From NCBI RefSeq assembly GCF_009914755.1, contig NC_060927.1: a DNA stretch of 64,000 nucleotides; one strand, 5' to 3'. This document shows positions 32,390 through 46,854 of the stretch, piece by piece (position 1 is the stretch's first letter; the number at the start of each line of letters is the position of its first letter). This stretch comes from the human T2T-CHM13v2.0 reference genome, Homo sapiens. The notes under the pieces were generated by a model. It was not told the DNA's origin, did no database searches, and saw nothing but the letters and a program-made list of their open reading frames with translations. Both the position numbers and the translations under genes were made by a program.

Positions 32390-34690
32390 TTAATTTATTC
32401 AACAATATGCACTTGTTGACAGTCTATCATGGTGCCATGCCATGGTTCTAGGAACTGAGACTATAACAGCTCAAAAGCAGAGTAAGTCTTATCCTTTTAA
32501 AGCTTACATTCTAGTGCAGGGAAGTAAAATTTTAAAAAGAGAAGATATATGTACAAAATTTCAGATTGCGATAAATGTCATGAAGGAAATACCCAGTGTG
32601 AGGTGATAGAGAGTAACTCAGGTTGGATTGCTCTTTTAAATACAGTGAATCTGATATAAATCAGAAGACTGCAAAGGAGCTAGCCACTGAAAGAACAGGA
32701 GGAAAAGAAGGCAGTGGAAACAGCAAATACACATAAGAAAAATCTTGCTGTGTTTAGGAAAGAAAGGCTGTTGTGGCTGGAACATAGTCACTGAGAACAG
32801 TAGGAGATGTACATGCAGGGGCCACATAATGTAGGGCCTTGAGAGCCATGAGTTTAGATTTTAGTCTAAGTATGATGGGAAGGTACTTAATATTAAGAAA
32901 GGAAGTAAACTGATTTAAGTTTTAGAAAGATCAGTCTGAATTGAAAGAGGCCGGGGGTAGAAAGAGCTGAGAGGTCATCATTGCATATCTGGCAAGATAT
33001 GATATCAGCTAAGATTAGAGTCATGGCTATGGAGGTGAAGCCCAGTGGAAGGCCTTGAGATGACAGGTCAAGCTCAAGGACTGAAAAGGGATGGAGATGG
33101 GAACAATGAGGGAGAGGAAAGCCTCTTGTGGTTTTGGCCTAAGCAAACATGTAGGCTACTTTACTGAGTAAGACTTATAAAGGAAGGTAGGAAGTATACA
33201 GCATCTTTGGGGGAGACAAGGGGAAGTTGTGCTTTATATAAGGTATGTTTGAGATCCCTTATAAATCTTTAAGTGGAGATAGCAAATGGTGGCTGTGGGT
33301 ATATGTGTGTATGTGTTTGTTTTTAGATTTTGTACTATTAACTGGGGAGGCATCAGCAGACAGACAGTACATAAAGCTATGAGAGGGTATAAGATGAGTC
33401 TACAACAACTGGCATTCATTCATTTTTTTGAAATAAAGTCTTGCTTTGTCACCCAAGCTGAAGTGTAGTGGTGCTATCATAGCTCACTGCAGCCTTGAAC
33501 TCTGGGCACAAGCAATCCTCCTACCTCAGCCTCCCAAGTAGCTGGGACTACAGGTGCATGCCACCACAACTGGCTAATTTTTATTTTTTATTTTGTAGAG
33601 ATGGGAGTCTTGCTGTGTTGCCCAGGCTGGTCTTGAACTCCTGGGCTCAAGCGATCCTCTCACCTCAGCCTCCCAAAGTGCTCTGATTACAGCCACGAGT
33701 CAATGTGCCTGGCCAATAAAATGCCTGACATTTACAGGTAGAATGAGGAAGAAATCAGCAAAAGAGACCGACATGGAACAGTCAGAAAGGTAGAATGAAA
33801 AGCAGGGGAGCATGATATCATGAAAACTAAGAGATCAAAGTATGTCAAGTAAAGAGTGGTCCCTGTTTTGCATATTATTACTGCAAGGTCAAGAAGAAAG
33901 AGAAGTGACCACTGAATTTGGTAACATGGAGGTTTTGGTGACCTTGACATGCAGTGACAACAGAATGGTAAGGATAAAATCTAGATTCAGAGTGGCTGCA
34001 GGCCAGGCGTGGTACCTCATGCCTGTAATCCTAGCATTTAGGGAGGCCGAGGCAGGGGTATCACTTGAACCCAGGAGGTCAAGACCAACCTGGGCAACAT
34101 AGTGAGATGGTCTCCACAAAAAAGTTTTAAAAAATTAGCTGGGCGTGGTGGTGTTCCAGCTATTCAGGAGACTGAGGTGGGAGGATCACTTAAGCCTGGG
34201 AGGTCAAGCCTGCAGTAAGCCATGATATGCCACTGCACTTCAGTCTAGGCAATGGAGCGAGACTCTGTCTCAAAGGAAAAAAAAGAGTCGTTTCAAATGT
34301 GAATGGAAGCTGAGGAAGTGAAGAATATACTGTTTTCTTTTAAAAAGTTCTGCTGTGAAGGGAAGCAAAGAAATGAGGAGATAAAGAAATATGAGACCAG
34401 GAGAGGTTTCATTACTTTTTCTCTAAGGTTGAGAGATACGAAAGCACATCTTTATGATGACTGAAATGATCCAGTGGAGAGGGGGATATATAGAAGAGAG
34501 AACAATATTCCAGGAATAAAGTTGTAGAGGAGGTGAGAAGAGAAAATTGGATGCATGGGCTGGGGAGTGGCTGGGGTTGGTGCTTGCCTTTAGTAGGAAC
34601 AGGGGCCATTCTGCCACTGTAACAAGAGGGAAGATGAAGAACCTAAGTATAGAGGTGGATTTGCAGATCTCTGTTATGAAGATGACAATT
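32390..34690 (-). mobile_element. decayed L2 with nested Alus (33422-33714 -, 34001-34284 +)
   Basis: atttattcaacaatat 3' end, purine-rich body. Confidence 0.6.
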
Positions 34691-34830
34691 CTCACTCAAT
34701 TCCTAAGAAGCCAATTCTAATTTAATTATCTTTTGAAATTTGATGAACATATGCTGACATTATAATAAATAAGCTAAAAATGTTCATTAAAAACAAAACA
34801 ACTAGAAATTTAATCCTGTTAAAAGCTTTA

Positions 34831-35138
34831 GGCCAGGTGTGGCGGCTCCTGCCTGTAATCCCAGCACATTGGGAGGCCAAGGCCAGAGGATTGCTTGATA
34901 CCAGGAGCTCAAGACCAGCTTGGGAAACATGGCAAGATCCTGTCTCTACCCCCAACAAAAAAATTAGACAGGTGTGGCAGTGCATGCCTATAGTCCCACC
35001 TATTCAGGAGGCTGAGATGGGAAGATCGCCTGAGCCTGGGAGGTGAAGGCTGAGTGTGCTTGAGCCTGGGAGGTGAAGGCTGCAGAGAGCTGTGATCACA
35101 CCACTGCACCCCAGGCTGGGTAAGAGCGAGACTCTGTC
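34831..35138 (+). mobile_element. AluJ-like element with internal duplication
   Basis: Alu motifs; tgagcctgggaggtgaaggctg present twice. Confidence 0.88.
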
Positions 35139-35788
35139 CACCCCCAACCTACCCTGGCCAAAGATGAAACTTTAAATTTGACATGAATATAGCTAATGTT
35201 CTGAAACTAATATTAATGCAGGTAAATAAAAAAGAACATTTAACTATATACTAATATAACTTAAAAACAAGTCATTGAAAAATCTACTATAAAATTAGGG
35301 AACAAAAGGCTGTTAAAAATTACCTAAACGTTAACTATTGCTAGGGCTAGGCAAGAAAACATTCTTGTAAAATTCTTACATTTTAAGCTTCTCCACCACT
35401 GCTAAATTGATTTGATAAGCACTGAAGCACGGGTGTACAATGAGGTTGAGAATGAGTGACACAAGCAATTAGTACATAGCAGAAAATAGAAACAATGACC
35501 TTCTAAATGCTAAGAATATATTTGCGTAGCAACTAACAATGTTTTTAATAAATACTCAAAAACTATTGAGCTGCAGTAATAGAATTTTTTCCCAACTGCT
35601 TTTGTAATTATCTCATTGAGTATTTGCTTCCTACTATTTCTGTTTTTCAGCAAAAACTTTGTAAAGGGAGGAGGAAGATTCAAATGCCTTTAGAGGAACT
35701 GTTTCCCCCTACTAGTTGACTGAACAAGGAAAATACAAAATTAGAAAAGATTACATTCTGGAAAAGAAAAAGAAAAAGTAATCTACCA

Positions 35789-36090
35789 CGCCTGGCACAG
35801 TGGCTCATGCCTGTAATCCCAGCACTTGGGGAGGCTGAGGTGGGTGGGTCACTTGAGGCCAGGAGTTCGAGACACCTGAACAACATGGCGAAACCCTGTC
35901 TCTACTAAAAATATAAAAATTAGCCAGGTGTGGTGGCGCATGCCTGTAATCCCAGCTACTCGGGAGGCTGAGGCACGAGAATCACTTGAACCCAGGAGGC
36001 AGGGGCTCCAGTGAGCTGAGATTGCACCACTGTACTCCACCCTGGGTGACAGAGCAAGACTCTGTCTCAAGAAAAAAAAAAGAAAAAAAA
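35789..36090 (+). mobile_element. AluS
   Basis: full-length Alu with A tail. Confidence 0.9.
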
Positions 36091-36722
36091 ACATAAAGTT
36101 CCCGTGAAGAAAACATATCTAATCTTTATAGAGGCAGTTCTCAAATATACCATATATGTACTTATTGTCTATGTGTGTATATATGTATATATTACATGTA
36201 TCTTAATCACATGGAGAAAAAAAAATAAGGAATCAAAAGGGAAGCAAGAACTCTTTCACTGACTTCTCCTGTCAATGGAGAAGTGATGTTAATTTCATTC
36301 TCAAGTACCTGCCCACCTCCTCCCACCCCCCATATCCCTCCCCTAATCACAATGTTCTCGCTTTCTTATCTGACCTTCCGGCCTAAGTGCCAACTCAACT
36401 GTTTTCACTGGCATAGCGAAGCAATGGCCACTGGGAAGAAATTCAACTTGCTGTACACCTGACACCACTGCTTTTTTTTTCTCTGCCCCATTTCCTTGGC
36501 AGTGGCTACTGGAAAAAGGGAAAAATAAACTAGCTCATCATTACTTTTTTCGTAAGTAATGATACACATTACTGTGTACAGTGATACACAATGGTATAGC
36601 CAGACACAAAGAATATCCTAAAGCAAACTTTCTCCATATCTGTTATATTTTGGCTAGCAGGACCATATTTGAACACCTTCTTTACAATCTTAGACACAAA
36701 GAGAATCAGATTAAAAATTTGA

Positions 36723-37074
<352 letters not shown>

Positions 37075-37593
37075 TTAGCCAACAAGTAGGTAAAAATGGT
37101 TCTCCAAAAAGCACTTAAATACTCCCTATGTCCTAAATAAAGGTAGTTCTTATAAAACCCCACTGGATAAAGCAAAATGACATAGCAAAACAAAAGGCTA
37201 GGTAAAAGCTAAGATAGCATTGATTAAAACTTTTGGATAAGTCCACTTCAACTACCACTTTTATATCTTTAGCTTAGTTGCACTATCTTTGACTCACTTA
37301 GTTGAACATTCAAATGGACCAGCAATGCAAAAGGCTAAACTATTTCTTCTGGATCCTGTTTTGCTACCTGCTTTAAGAATGAAACAGGCAGGAACAGGCC
37401 TCAATCACCTATATGCTTGAAGCTTTCTTAAATGGCCAAATGCAATAGCTATGCTGGAGCACTAAAGAAGGATGTTTTAAACAATTCATGCATAACTGAG
37501 CTATCAGTAATTCATTTAAATAACATAATTGATCTAAACTACTTATTCATGGCTTAACTAAACTAAGAAATTCGGCCTTAGTAATGAAAATAC

Positions 37594-37790
37594 CTGAGCA
37601 GGTTCTACTGTTTGTTGTGATGTAAGTTTTCCTTTCAATGCATATAGCTGACATGTGAGATAGTAACATTCTTTTCTCAGCTGTAGGATGATATCTTGGG
37701 CTTCTTTCACTTTGGATTTTTCATTTTCCAAAGCTAAAACTAACATTTTGTTGTTGTCTTGGTAATTTTTCAGCAGTGTAGAAGTGTTGG
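37594..37790 (-). CDS. SGO1: SGO1 exon encoding the PP2A-B56-binding coiled coil ([14 protein letters not shown]...VEPAQ)
   Basis: ttttag acceptor, CAG|gtattt donor, 197 nt. Confidence 0.97.
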
Positions 37791-37871
37791 CTAAAAGAGG
37801 ATAAAAAAATTTATCAGTTATTAAATCTAAACTTAAAAGTGATATAAAAGGACAACATAAAAATCTCTTAC

Positions 37872-38013
37872 TGATTATTTGGCATGGTGCAGCTATAAAA
37901 GACCTGCGTTTGCCAATCTCTGCCAAGTTTTTATTCCTTTTCTCTTTCATTCGCTTCTTTATGTCTTCAAGACTATCTTGAAAGGACTTTTTCAGGCATC
38001 TTTCCTTGGCCAT
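37872..38013 (-). CDS. SGO1: SGO1 first coding exon ([25 protein letters not shown]...PCQII); exon begins at 38020
   Basis: tag|GCAAAAG-ATGG with good Kozak; A|gtaaga donor. Confidence 0.97.
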
Positions 38014-39779
38014 CTTTTGCCTAAACAATAAAAAATATTTTTTCTCAGAGAGAATATTATCAAATATAAAACTTAAAAAACATAGGCTGTTCATAAAGAA
38101 TGCATTAAATAGACTAAACTGTAGAATTAGCTCAAAGTAGATAGTTAACCAACTTGATAATATAAATTTTCCCCTTTTAAAATCTCATTCATATTTCTGA
38201 TATTCTCTCTTCCTCCTCAGGCACTTTATAGAAAAGGTTTATTGAATATAGATTTCCAACCCAAAGATTCCACAATATGCCACTTATTCATTCTTTAACA
38301 AATACTCACTGTGGGGTATATGCCAGACACTATTGAAAATGCTTATTATTATATTTTGATGCATTATTTACACTTTTTATAGAAAATGTTTAGGACCAAC
38401 TTTTACTGCTTAAGCTTACAGCATTAGTTCTGAGGCAATTATATATTTGGGTTTTGTTTTCCAGCTCTTCTCTAATGATTAATTCATCAGATTAGGTCAT
38501 TCAACTATTTTTCCATACTCTTTAAACGCAATTATCACTTATGATATGCACACAGTCTCAAGAAAGTCAAGGTACTCCTTAGAGGTTTAAACTATGTAGC
38601 ACTACATACAATTTTAATAGGCTATTGTAACAAGTACAGAGCTAGAGCAGGAACTTGGGCAGAGGAACACTCTAGTATTCTCAAACTGTGGCTAAAAGTT
38701 AGGGCTGTTAACTCCCAGTAAATTATGAACATAACAAATCAGACATTAAATATTGTTGTACATACAGTTAAACGTTGAGTATTAAATACATAACTAATCT
38801 TTCAACGTTGCAAATCAGTAGGCTTTAGCATGCTACTAAACATGTCAAACCACTTTTCACAAACATCTTTTACGCTAGATTGCACTTTGCAGATCTTAAA
38901 ATTGCAAAAAAAAAGACTTGTTTCCAATAACAATCTATGCACAGAATTTTCACTACAAAGGATATCTTCATCTCCTCTACGATAGTCAAATATTTTCCTA
39001 AACCTTACACTTAATCTTGAGTATTTCCTCCAGGCCTTATTTTCCTCTATGCAGTGTCTGGAATCTTAAATATAGGTATTGTAGATACCACTTAAGAACT
39101 TTCTTTCTACCAAGGTATATACAATATGTACTGGGAGGTTCCTAGCAGAGATAGGGTAGCTATTTTTAAAAGCACGAACGGTAAAGGGGTTGTTTTACAC
39201 AATTAAGTTAGAATTGGAGATGTTTGAGAGTCATACAGATTAAGTAACGGATCTAGTTTAGTTAAGGTATTTTAAAGGCAAAGCCTTACCTAAAAAGCTT
39301 TCGTTATTACTTTTAATCAAGTTAAAAATCACAAAAGAAACTTGCCATATCAAAAGTTTTATATCCTGTCTAAATAAGGCGATGGTTATTAGCAGGGGGT
39401 GTGGTAGACAGAAGGGATGAAAGCAAAGACAGACCACAGCGCGAGATGACGGTCTCAATCTGTACAGTACTCGTGTAAGCGCTCTGGATTTAAAGAACCT
39501 AGCATATTTGATCTCCGTCCATAATTCTCCAATTAGTCCTGCTGCGAAGACAGCCAGGTAGGATACTAGTCAGTGCCGGCCTCTCCAGGGTAAGTGAGGA
39601 AGAGAATGGCCTGGACAAGGAGGACGTCAACGGTATCACGCTGCACAAAGAACTGCTGTCAATTTTCTTGTGTCCTTACGTTGAGCCAGGCTTTTAGCTA
39701 TTGTAAAAGCTTTATTTGCACATCACTTAATCTACACAATTTTGCAAAGTAGGAAATTAGGGTCTCCATGGAAGCCGGA

Positions 39780-40450
39780 ACATCTGAAAGCGCAGATCGA
39801 GTGGCTGAACGGCGAAAAGCGCGGCGAGTGGGACTCCACGGCCCGAGCTTTCGGCCACCGAATTTAGAATGATACTGAAAACCGAAGGGAAGTCAAACAG
39901 GGATCACTACGCCCTTGTTTCGCACCTTAAAACCTACTTCTTCCTCTTTCAGGGACTCCAGGAAGGCCGGGGGGAGGTGGGGCTGGCGGAAGTGGACGCG
40001 GCGACCCTCCTGCCGCAGGCGCGTCCAGAACGATACCTTGGCCACTACTTCTGCAACAGCTATCTTCCTCCTCCTCACATTTCAAGGCTCTTCGAAGCTC
40101 TCCAGCCACGGCTAGCCCCGCGCACTGGGCCCTCCAGGACCGTACCACCGTCCGCCGTCGCCTGGAACTACCGCCGCCACATTCGAAATTTTCCGCCTCG
40201 CTCCTCCATTGGTTGGCTGGGAGGCGGTCACGTGGCGCAGGATGCACCCAACACCACCGTCGCAGGCAGAGTCCCGCCCCGCCAGGCGACGTCACGTGAC
40301 GCACATTCGCTCAAGTCCACATCCGGGCATCCACCTGGCCCTGGGGCGGAGCCTGCGGTCGGGTCTCGGCGACCCGCCGGGACTTTCTAATCAGAGTCGT
40401 GGGGATTTTACGGGTGGAGTTACTCCGAAACCTTTAAGGCCGAGTGTGAT
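39780..40450. promoter_or_regulatory. CpG-island promoter of SGO1, cell-cycle type
   Basis: only CpG-dense stretch in window; TTCGAA 40182-40187, TTTTCCGCC 40189-40197, CCAAT (-) 40208-40212, CACGTG 40229-40234 and 40293-40298, GGGGCGG 40343-40349. Confidence 0.9.
40037..40200 (-). other. SGO1: SGO1 non-coding exon 1 (5' limit approximate; other donors after 39938 and 39926)
   Basis: lies in CpG island just 3' of the CCAAT/E2F/CHR cluster; AAG|gtatcg donor. Confidence 0.55.
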
Positions 40451-40679
40451 AGGTAGTTCAAAGCTTCCTGTTTCTTCAGTCTGACAGCTTTAAATGTCCC
40501 GGGTTGTGCTCAAAGCCTCCCTCTTGTGAGAAGAATCTCTTTGGTTGCCTGTTAAAGCGGTCAGCCAGCTTGCAACACGGAAGCAGCTTTTAGAGGAATT
40601 AAAACCAAAACAAGGAGCAAATTCTGGATTAAAAAGGTATTAGGGAAACTGCAGATACCTGAAAATTCTAGCTCCATGT

Positions 40680-41455
40680 TTCTCTTTGCCGGCTATCTCT
40701 GGCTCTTTAACTCTTCTCGAGAAATGGCACCAACATCCATCCAGTTACCGACTAGAAGCCTGAGAAATCGTCCTTAATGATTATTTATCCTCTCTTAACC
40801 TTTGCCCGTCCAGTCGGTCACACGATCTTCTCAACTCTGCTTTCCAAGTTTCTCTCATGCCCATCTTTTTCCCCCCAATCCAGCTTCCAGCCTAATCTCA
40901 TTCCCTAAATTGCACTAGTACCCACTCTGACCGCAGACTCCACTCCCTATATTCTTCATAGATTAATATTTTTACAAAACAAGTATCAAATAGGAAACTT
41001 TACAATGGCTCCCTATTGCATTTAAGGTGAATTTCAAACTCCTTTAAGATATTTTGTCCTTAAAGAGCCCCATGATTCCTGGTTCCATCACTTGTACATT
41101 TTCTTTAATTTTCTTAAAATTCTTGCCACTTTTGCCAATGCTGTTCTGTCAAGAACACTCTTTCCCTTGGCCGAACTTACTCCTATGTATACTGAAGTTT
41201 CACTGTACAGATGAATTCTTCCAGAAAGACTTATCTACCCCTAAAGCCCCTGAGTATCTGCTTTACACTTTCTTAGTGCCCTGCATTTTCCCCTTGGTAT
41301 TCCTTGTGACACTGACTTGTCGTTCATTGCCTGTTTCTTGAAGTTGAATAAGGGCAGGAACTACATCTGCTTTGTTCATAGCTAAATTGTCAGCATCTCG
41401 TTGCAATTTGAAGTAAGTAGTAAATATTCACTGGGACAATAAAGGAACAAATAAA
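40680..41455 (+). mobile_element. decayed L2 3' end
   Basis: pyrimidine-rich body, agggcaggaac...gtaaatattca end. Confidence 0.55.
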
Positions 41456-41766
41456 TGAAAACGAAACAAATGTTTTGAATCTAGGCATTCTTTATGAAGG
41501 TGTGTTGTTGTTTTTTAAAGGTAGCTAACACATGCTTGCTCTAGTCTGGGTACCCATCCTGGCTTGAGTGGAAGAGGCTGAAACACCCTTCTCCAGCCAA
41601 CAACTCCCTCGTTTTCCAAGTTAACCAGACCAACTCCATTAACCCTCAGTTTACTGCCACTGGGCAATGTGGCTTATATGTGTAGAAGCATCAAGAAGGA
41701 ATGGGCAGAGAGGTTTTTTGTTGTTTGAGGTCAGAAAATTATGAAGTGGAACATGAGAGCAGAGAA

Positions 41767-42573
<807 letters not shown>

Positions 42574-43494
42574 AGCAAAGGCTTTGAGGTTCTGACTTTT
42601 TGAGGGGTGTCTTCCCCGTTCCCAATTTAAAAATGGGTCAGACTTCAAATCAGGTGTTTATTATAGAGCCCTAAAGAATAGAAATGGCTGAATTTAGGGC
42701 CAGTGAGGGAAAATACCACCAGAGTCCTAGCATGAGTAACTTTTGTACATCAAAATGTTCTACTGCCGCTGATTTTAGGGAACTGAATTACTGTTGGAAT
42801 CAATAGCTCTTTTAAAATTTTGTGGAAACTACAACTCTTCCCAGGAAGAATGCACATATTCCTTTTTGAACAAAAATATGCATATTTCAAAGAGTACTAA
42901 ATGGTGGACTGGAGTTTGAACCCAGGAAGCCTGGCTCCAAAGTCCATGCTATTAACAGCTGGACTATGTTCTGCGACTTCTCCCTTTTGTTATATCACAG
43001 TTGTACCCAGCCTAATTCAGAGATAATCCATGGTTTAATTATATCGCAAAGTACAGTGTAGGAACACATCATCTAGCTGACAAACTGAGAAGAACCTATG
43101 AAAGGGTAACCAATTAGTGAAAATTCTTTGTTTAATTTAATAGATGTTTAGAATAGTTATGGTATAATTCAAATCATTTTAACTTCTTAAAAAGCTTGCT
43201 CTCAAATGATAGTGAATATTTGTAGCTGCATTACTTTCAAGGTTTTTCAAAATGTGAATGCATGTTATTTCTACTTTCATTGGTTTTAACTTTATGATGT
43301 ATTTAAAATATAATGAGCACTCACATTCTCCCCTGCAAGTTCCTAAAATCCCAATAAAACTGTTTGTTACTAATCTTTAACTGCCTTGTTCCTAACATTT
43401 ATTACTATGTGCAGATTTTATGATTTTTATTTACGGAGCTGAAGTCCTGCACAGACTTGATATCTTCTTCTGATTTCTTCTTGGTGGTGGTGGT

Positions 43495-43786
43495 TGTTTT
43501 CTGACAGGGTTTGTCACTCTGCTGCCCAGGCTGGAGGGTAGTGGTGCGATCATGGCTCGCTGCAGCCTCAACTTCCCAGGCTCAAGTGATCCTACCACCT
43601 CAGCCTTCTGAGTAGCTGGGACCATAGGCATGCATTGCTATGTCCAGCTAATTAAAAAAAAAAAATCTGTAGAGACAGGGTCTTGCTATGTTGCCTGGGC
43701 TTGTCTCGAACTCTTGGGCTCAAACCACTCTCCTGCCTTGGCGTCCCAAAGTGCTGGGATTACAGGCATGAACCACCATGCTTGGA
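43495..43786 (-). mobile_element. AluJ-like
   Basis: antisense Alu consensus. Confidence 0.88.
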
Positions 43787-44964
43787 CTTCTCCTGAGTTT
43801 TTATCAATATTATTATTTTGTATTTTATTATTTCTTTCTGGTTCATGTTCTCTTGTGATCTCCTTATTTTTAAAGAAAAAAATTAAACTCCTCTCTGTTT
43901 ATTTGACAATCAAAAATATATTAATGTGTCTCCTCTCTGGAATTAATATTTTAAAAAAATTTTTTGAGAAAGTTTAATACAATAGTTATCATGGAATGTG
44001 GTGCAGATTAACTTGAATAGCAATACAAAAATTAGTAATTTGGTGACCAAAATTTTCAAAACTGAAATACAGCAAGGCATCAAAATGTTTTGTGACTGTA
44101 TTTTTTTGACGTCTGCTTTTATTAGTTTAGTACTTTCTTCAGCTCAATAGTGACAGGCTTTGGAGAGTTTGTACATGCATAAAGTGGGCAGAAGACTACA
44201 AGGAATAGATAGCACTTTATGCTGTTTTTATGTTTCATTTGTGTTTTTCAGAAATATGCATATGTATTGCTTTCATAAGGCTATTATTTATTGTGTAGTG
44301 GAATTCATGTCTTTTTTTTTTTTTTTTTTTTTAGTGGTTCCCATTTCTCTTAGCATAGCGAGACATGTGAACAATTAGTTGAATTATAACAGCTAACACT
44401 GAATGAGGGCATACTTTCTGCCAGGAAAATACTAGTGCTTTATATGAATTAACTCATTTTATCCTTGTGATAAAGCTTATAAACCTATTTTTTCAGATGA
44501 AGAAATAGAGGCGTAATGTGGTGAATCTAGTAAGCATGAAGCCAGGTACAAGCTTTGCTGTCAATCTGACTCCAGGGCCTGTGTCCTTAATCATGATACT
44601 ATATACTTTAAATACATTTACATTTATTGATGTTGCTTTGACCTTTGTCAAATCATTCAAATGTCTAAAGGCCTACCACATATAGATGTGAGGAAGTCTT
44701 TGTGATGGCTAATGTGAGTGTAAGTCCCAGAGGAAAAGGGATACATACACACATACCAGAGTTATGTCATTTTTGTTAAGGCTTTATGCTAGAAACACAA
44801 ATTATTGATGCTATGTTATTTTGTTGCTAATTTTGGTTTTGTGTCATGTGCTGATATCATGAACCAGTAAACACTTATGGATCATTAAAAGGGATATAAG
44901 CATTAAAGGGACAATAAGAATAGTCGAGTACGATCAAAATCAGTGTTTAGTTCCATCTCAAGCA

Positions 44965-45308
44965 GCCTGGTAAGAATAAGGCAGAGAGAAATTTAACACA
45001 TACGGAGAGAAGGCAATGTGAAGATGAAGATAGAAATTATAGTCATGAGGCCACAAGCCAGGCACAGAGAGGGTGATGTGAAGACTAGCAGAGGGAAAGA
45101 TGTCACAAACCTAGGAATGCCGACAGCTGCCAGAAACTGGAAGAGGCAAGGAGTGGATTTCGTTCTGAGCCTCCAGAGGGAGTACCACCTGCTGACACCT
45201 TGGCTTTGGACGTCTGGCCTTCAGAACTGTGAAAGAATAAATTTCTTTCGTTTTAAGTGACCCCACTTGTGGTAATTTGTAATAGCAGCCCTAGTAAACT
45301 AACATACC
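44965..45308. mobile_element. MLT1-type MaLR LTR fragment
   Basis: cagaactgtgaaagaataaatttct...gtaatttgtaatagcagccctagtaaactaa. Confidence 0.78.
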
Positions 45309-45486
45309 ACCTATCCAACAAAGGACTAGTCTTTATAATAAGTATATAAATATCCAAATTCAACAGGGAAAAAGCAAACAATCCAATTAGAAAATGTGCA
45401 AGGCTGGGCACAGTGGCTCATGCCTGTAATCCCAGCACTTTGGGAGGCCCAGGCGGGCGGATCACGAAGTCAGGAGATCAAGATCA

Positions 45487-45734
<248 letters not shown>

Positions 45735-46340
45735 TTACTAAAGAGGATAACCCGATGTCAGATAAGCCTGTGAAAAAAATGTTTTGACATGGTTAGTCGT
45801 CAGGGAAATGAAAATTAAAACCACAATGAGATAGCACTACACATCTATCAGAATAGCTAAAATAAAAAAATAATGGCAACAGCAAATGCTGGTGAGGATG
45901 CAAAGAAACTGGATCACTCAGACATTGCTGGTGGGAATATAAAATGATACAGTAACTGCAAAACAATTGACAGTTTCTTAACAAACTAAATATTTGATTA
46001 CCATATAACCCAGCAGTTGCACTCTTGGGGATTTTTTCCCTTAGAGAAACAAAAACTTACGTTTGCACAAAAACTTGGACATAAGTACAGGCTTTATTGA
46101 TAATAATTTAAAACTGGAATAATCCCAGATGTACTTCAAAAAGGGAATGAGAGTATGGTACATCCATACCAAGGGAAATAAATAAAAAGGAATGAACTAC
46201 TGATACATAAACAGTTTGGATGAATCTCCTAGGAATTATATTGAGTGAAAAGGGTCAGTCCCAAAAGGTTACATACTGTATGATTCCATTTATATAATAC
46301 TTTTTTTTCAGGGGTGAGTAACTTTATTTTGATAAAATCA

Positions 46341-46673
<333 letters not shown>

Positions 46674-46764
46674 CTATTTTTTTAGTCAAAACAACCTATT
46701 GTGAAAGTTTTGCCTCGTTTATTTCATCATGTTTATTTCTTTATATATAAACATAGTTTTTTTT

Positions 46765-46854
46765 AAGCCAGTCAAATTTAGTGGGGGGTTATATATCAAC
46801 CTTAGTGACACTAATATTAATAAGTTCTGATAACCCACTACCATCAGACCAGCC
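46765..46854 (-). pseudogene. Y4 RNA (RNY4) retropseudogene
   Basis: reverse complement reads GGCTGGTCTGATGGTAGTGGGTTATCAGAACTTATTAATATTAGTGTCACTAAGGTTG...AAATTTGACTGGCTT; A-tail; TSD TAAACATAGTTTT at 46748 and 46855. Confidence 0.93.

Noticed and set aside
38021-38094. N-terminal extension of SGO1 in the ORF track (MNSLCF...)
   Set aside because: Lies in intron 1, upstream of the acceptor at 38021; the real ATG at 38013 has a good Kozak context
39869-40484. Long ORFs (up to 173 aa) across the promoter
   Set aside because: Expected from stop-poor GC-rich CpG island; several overlapping frames, no recognisable domain
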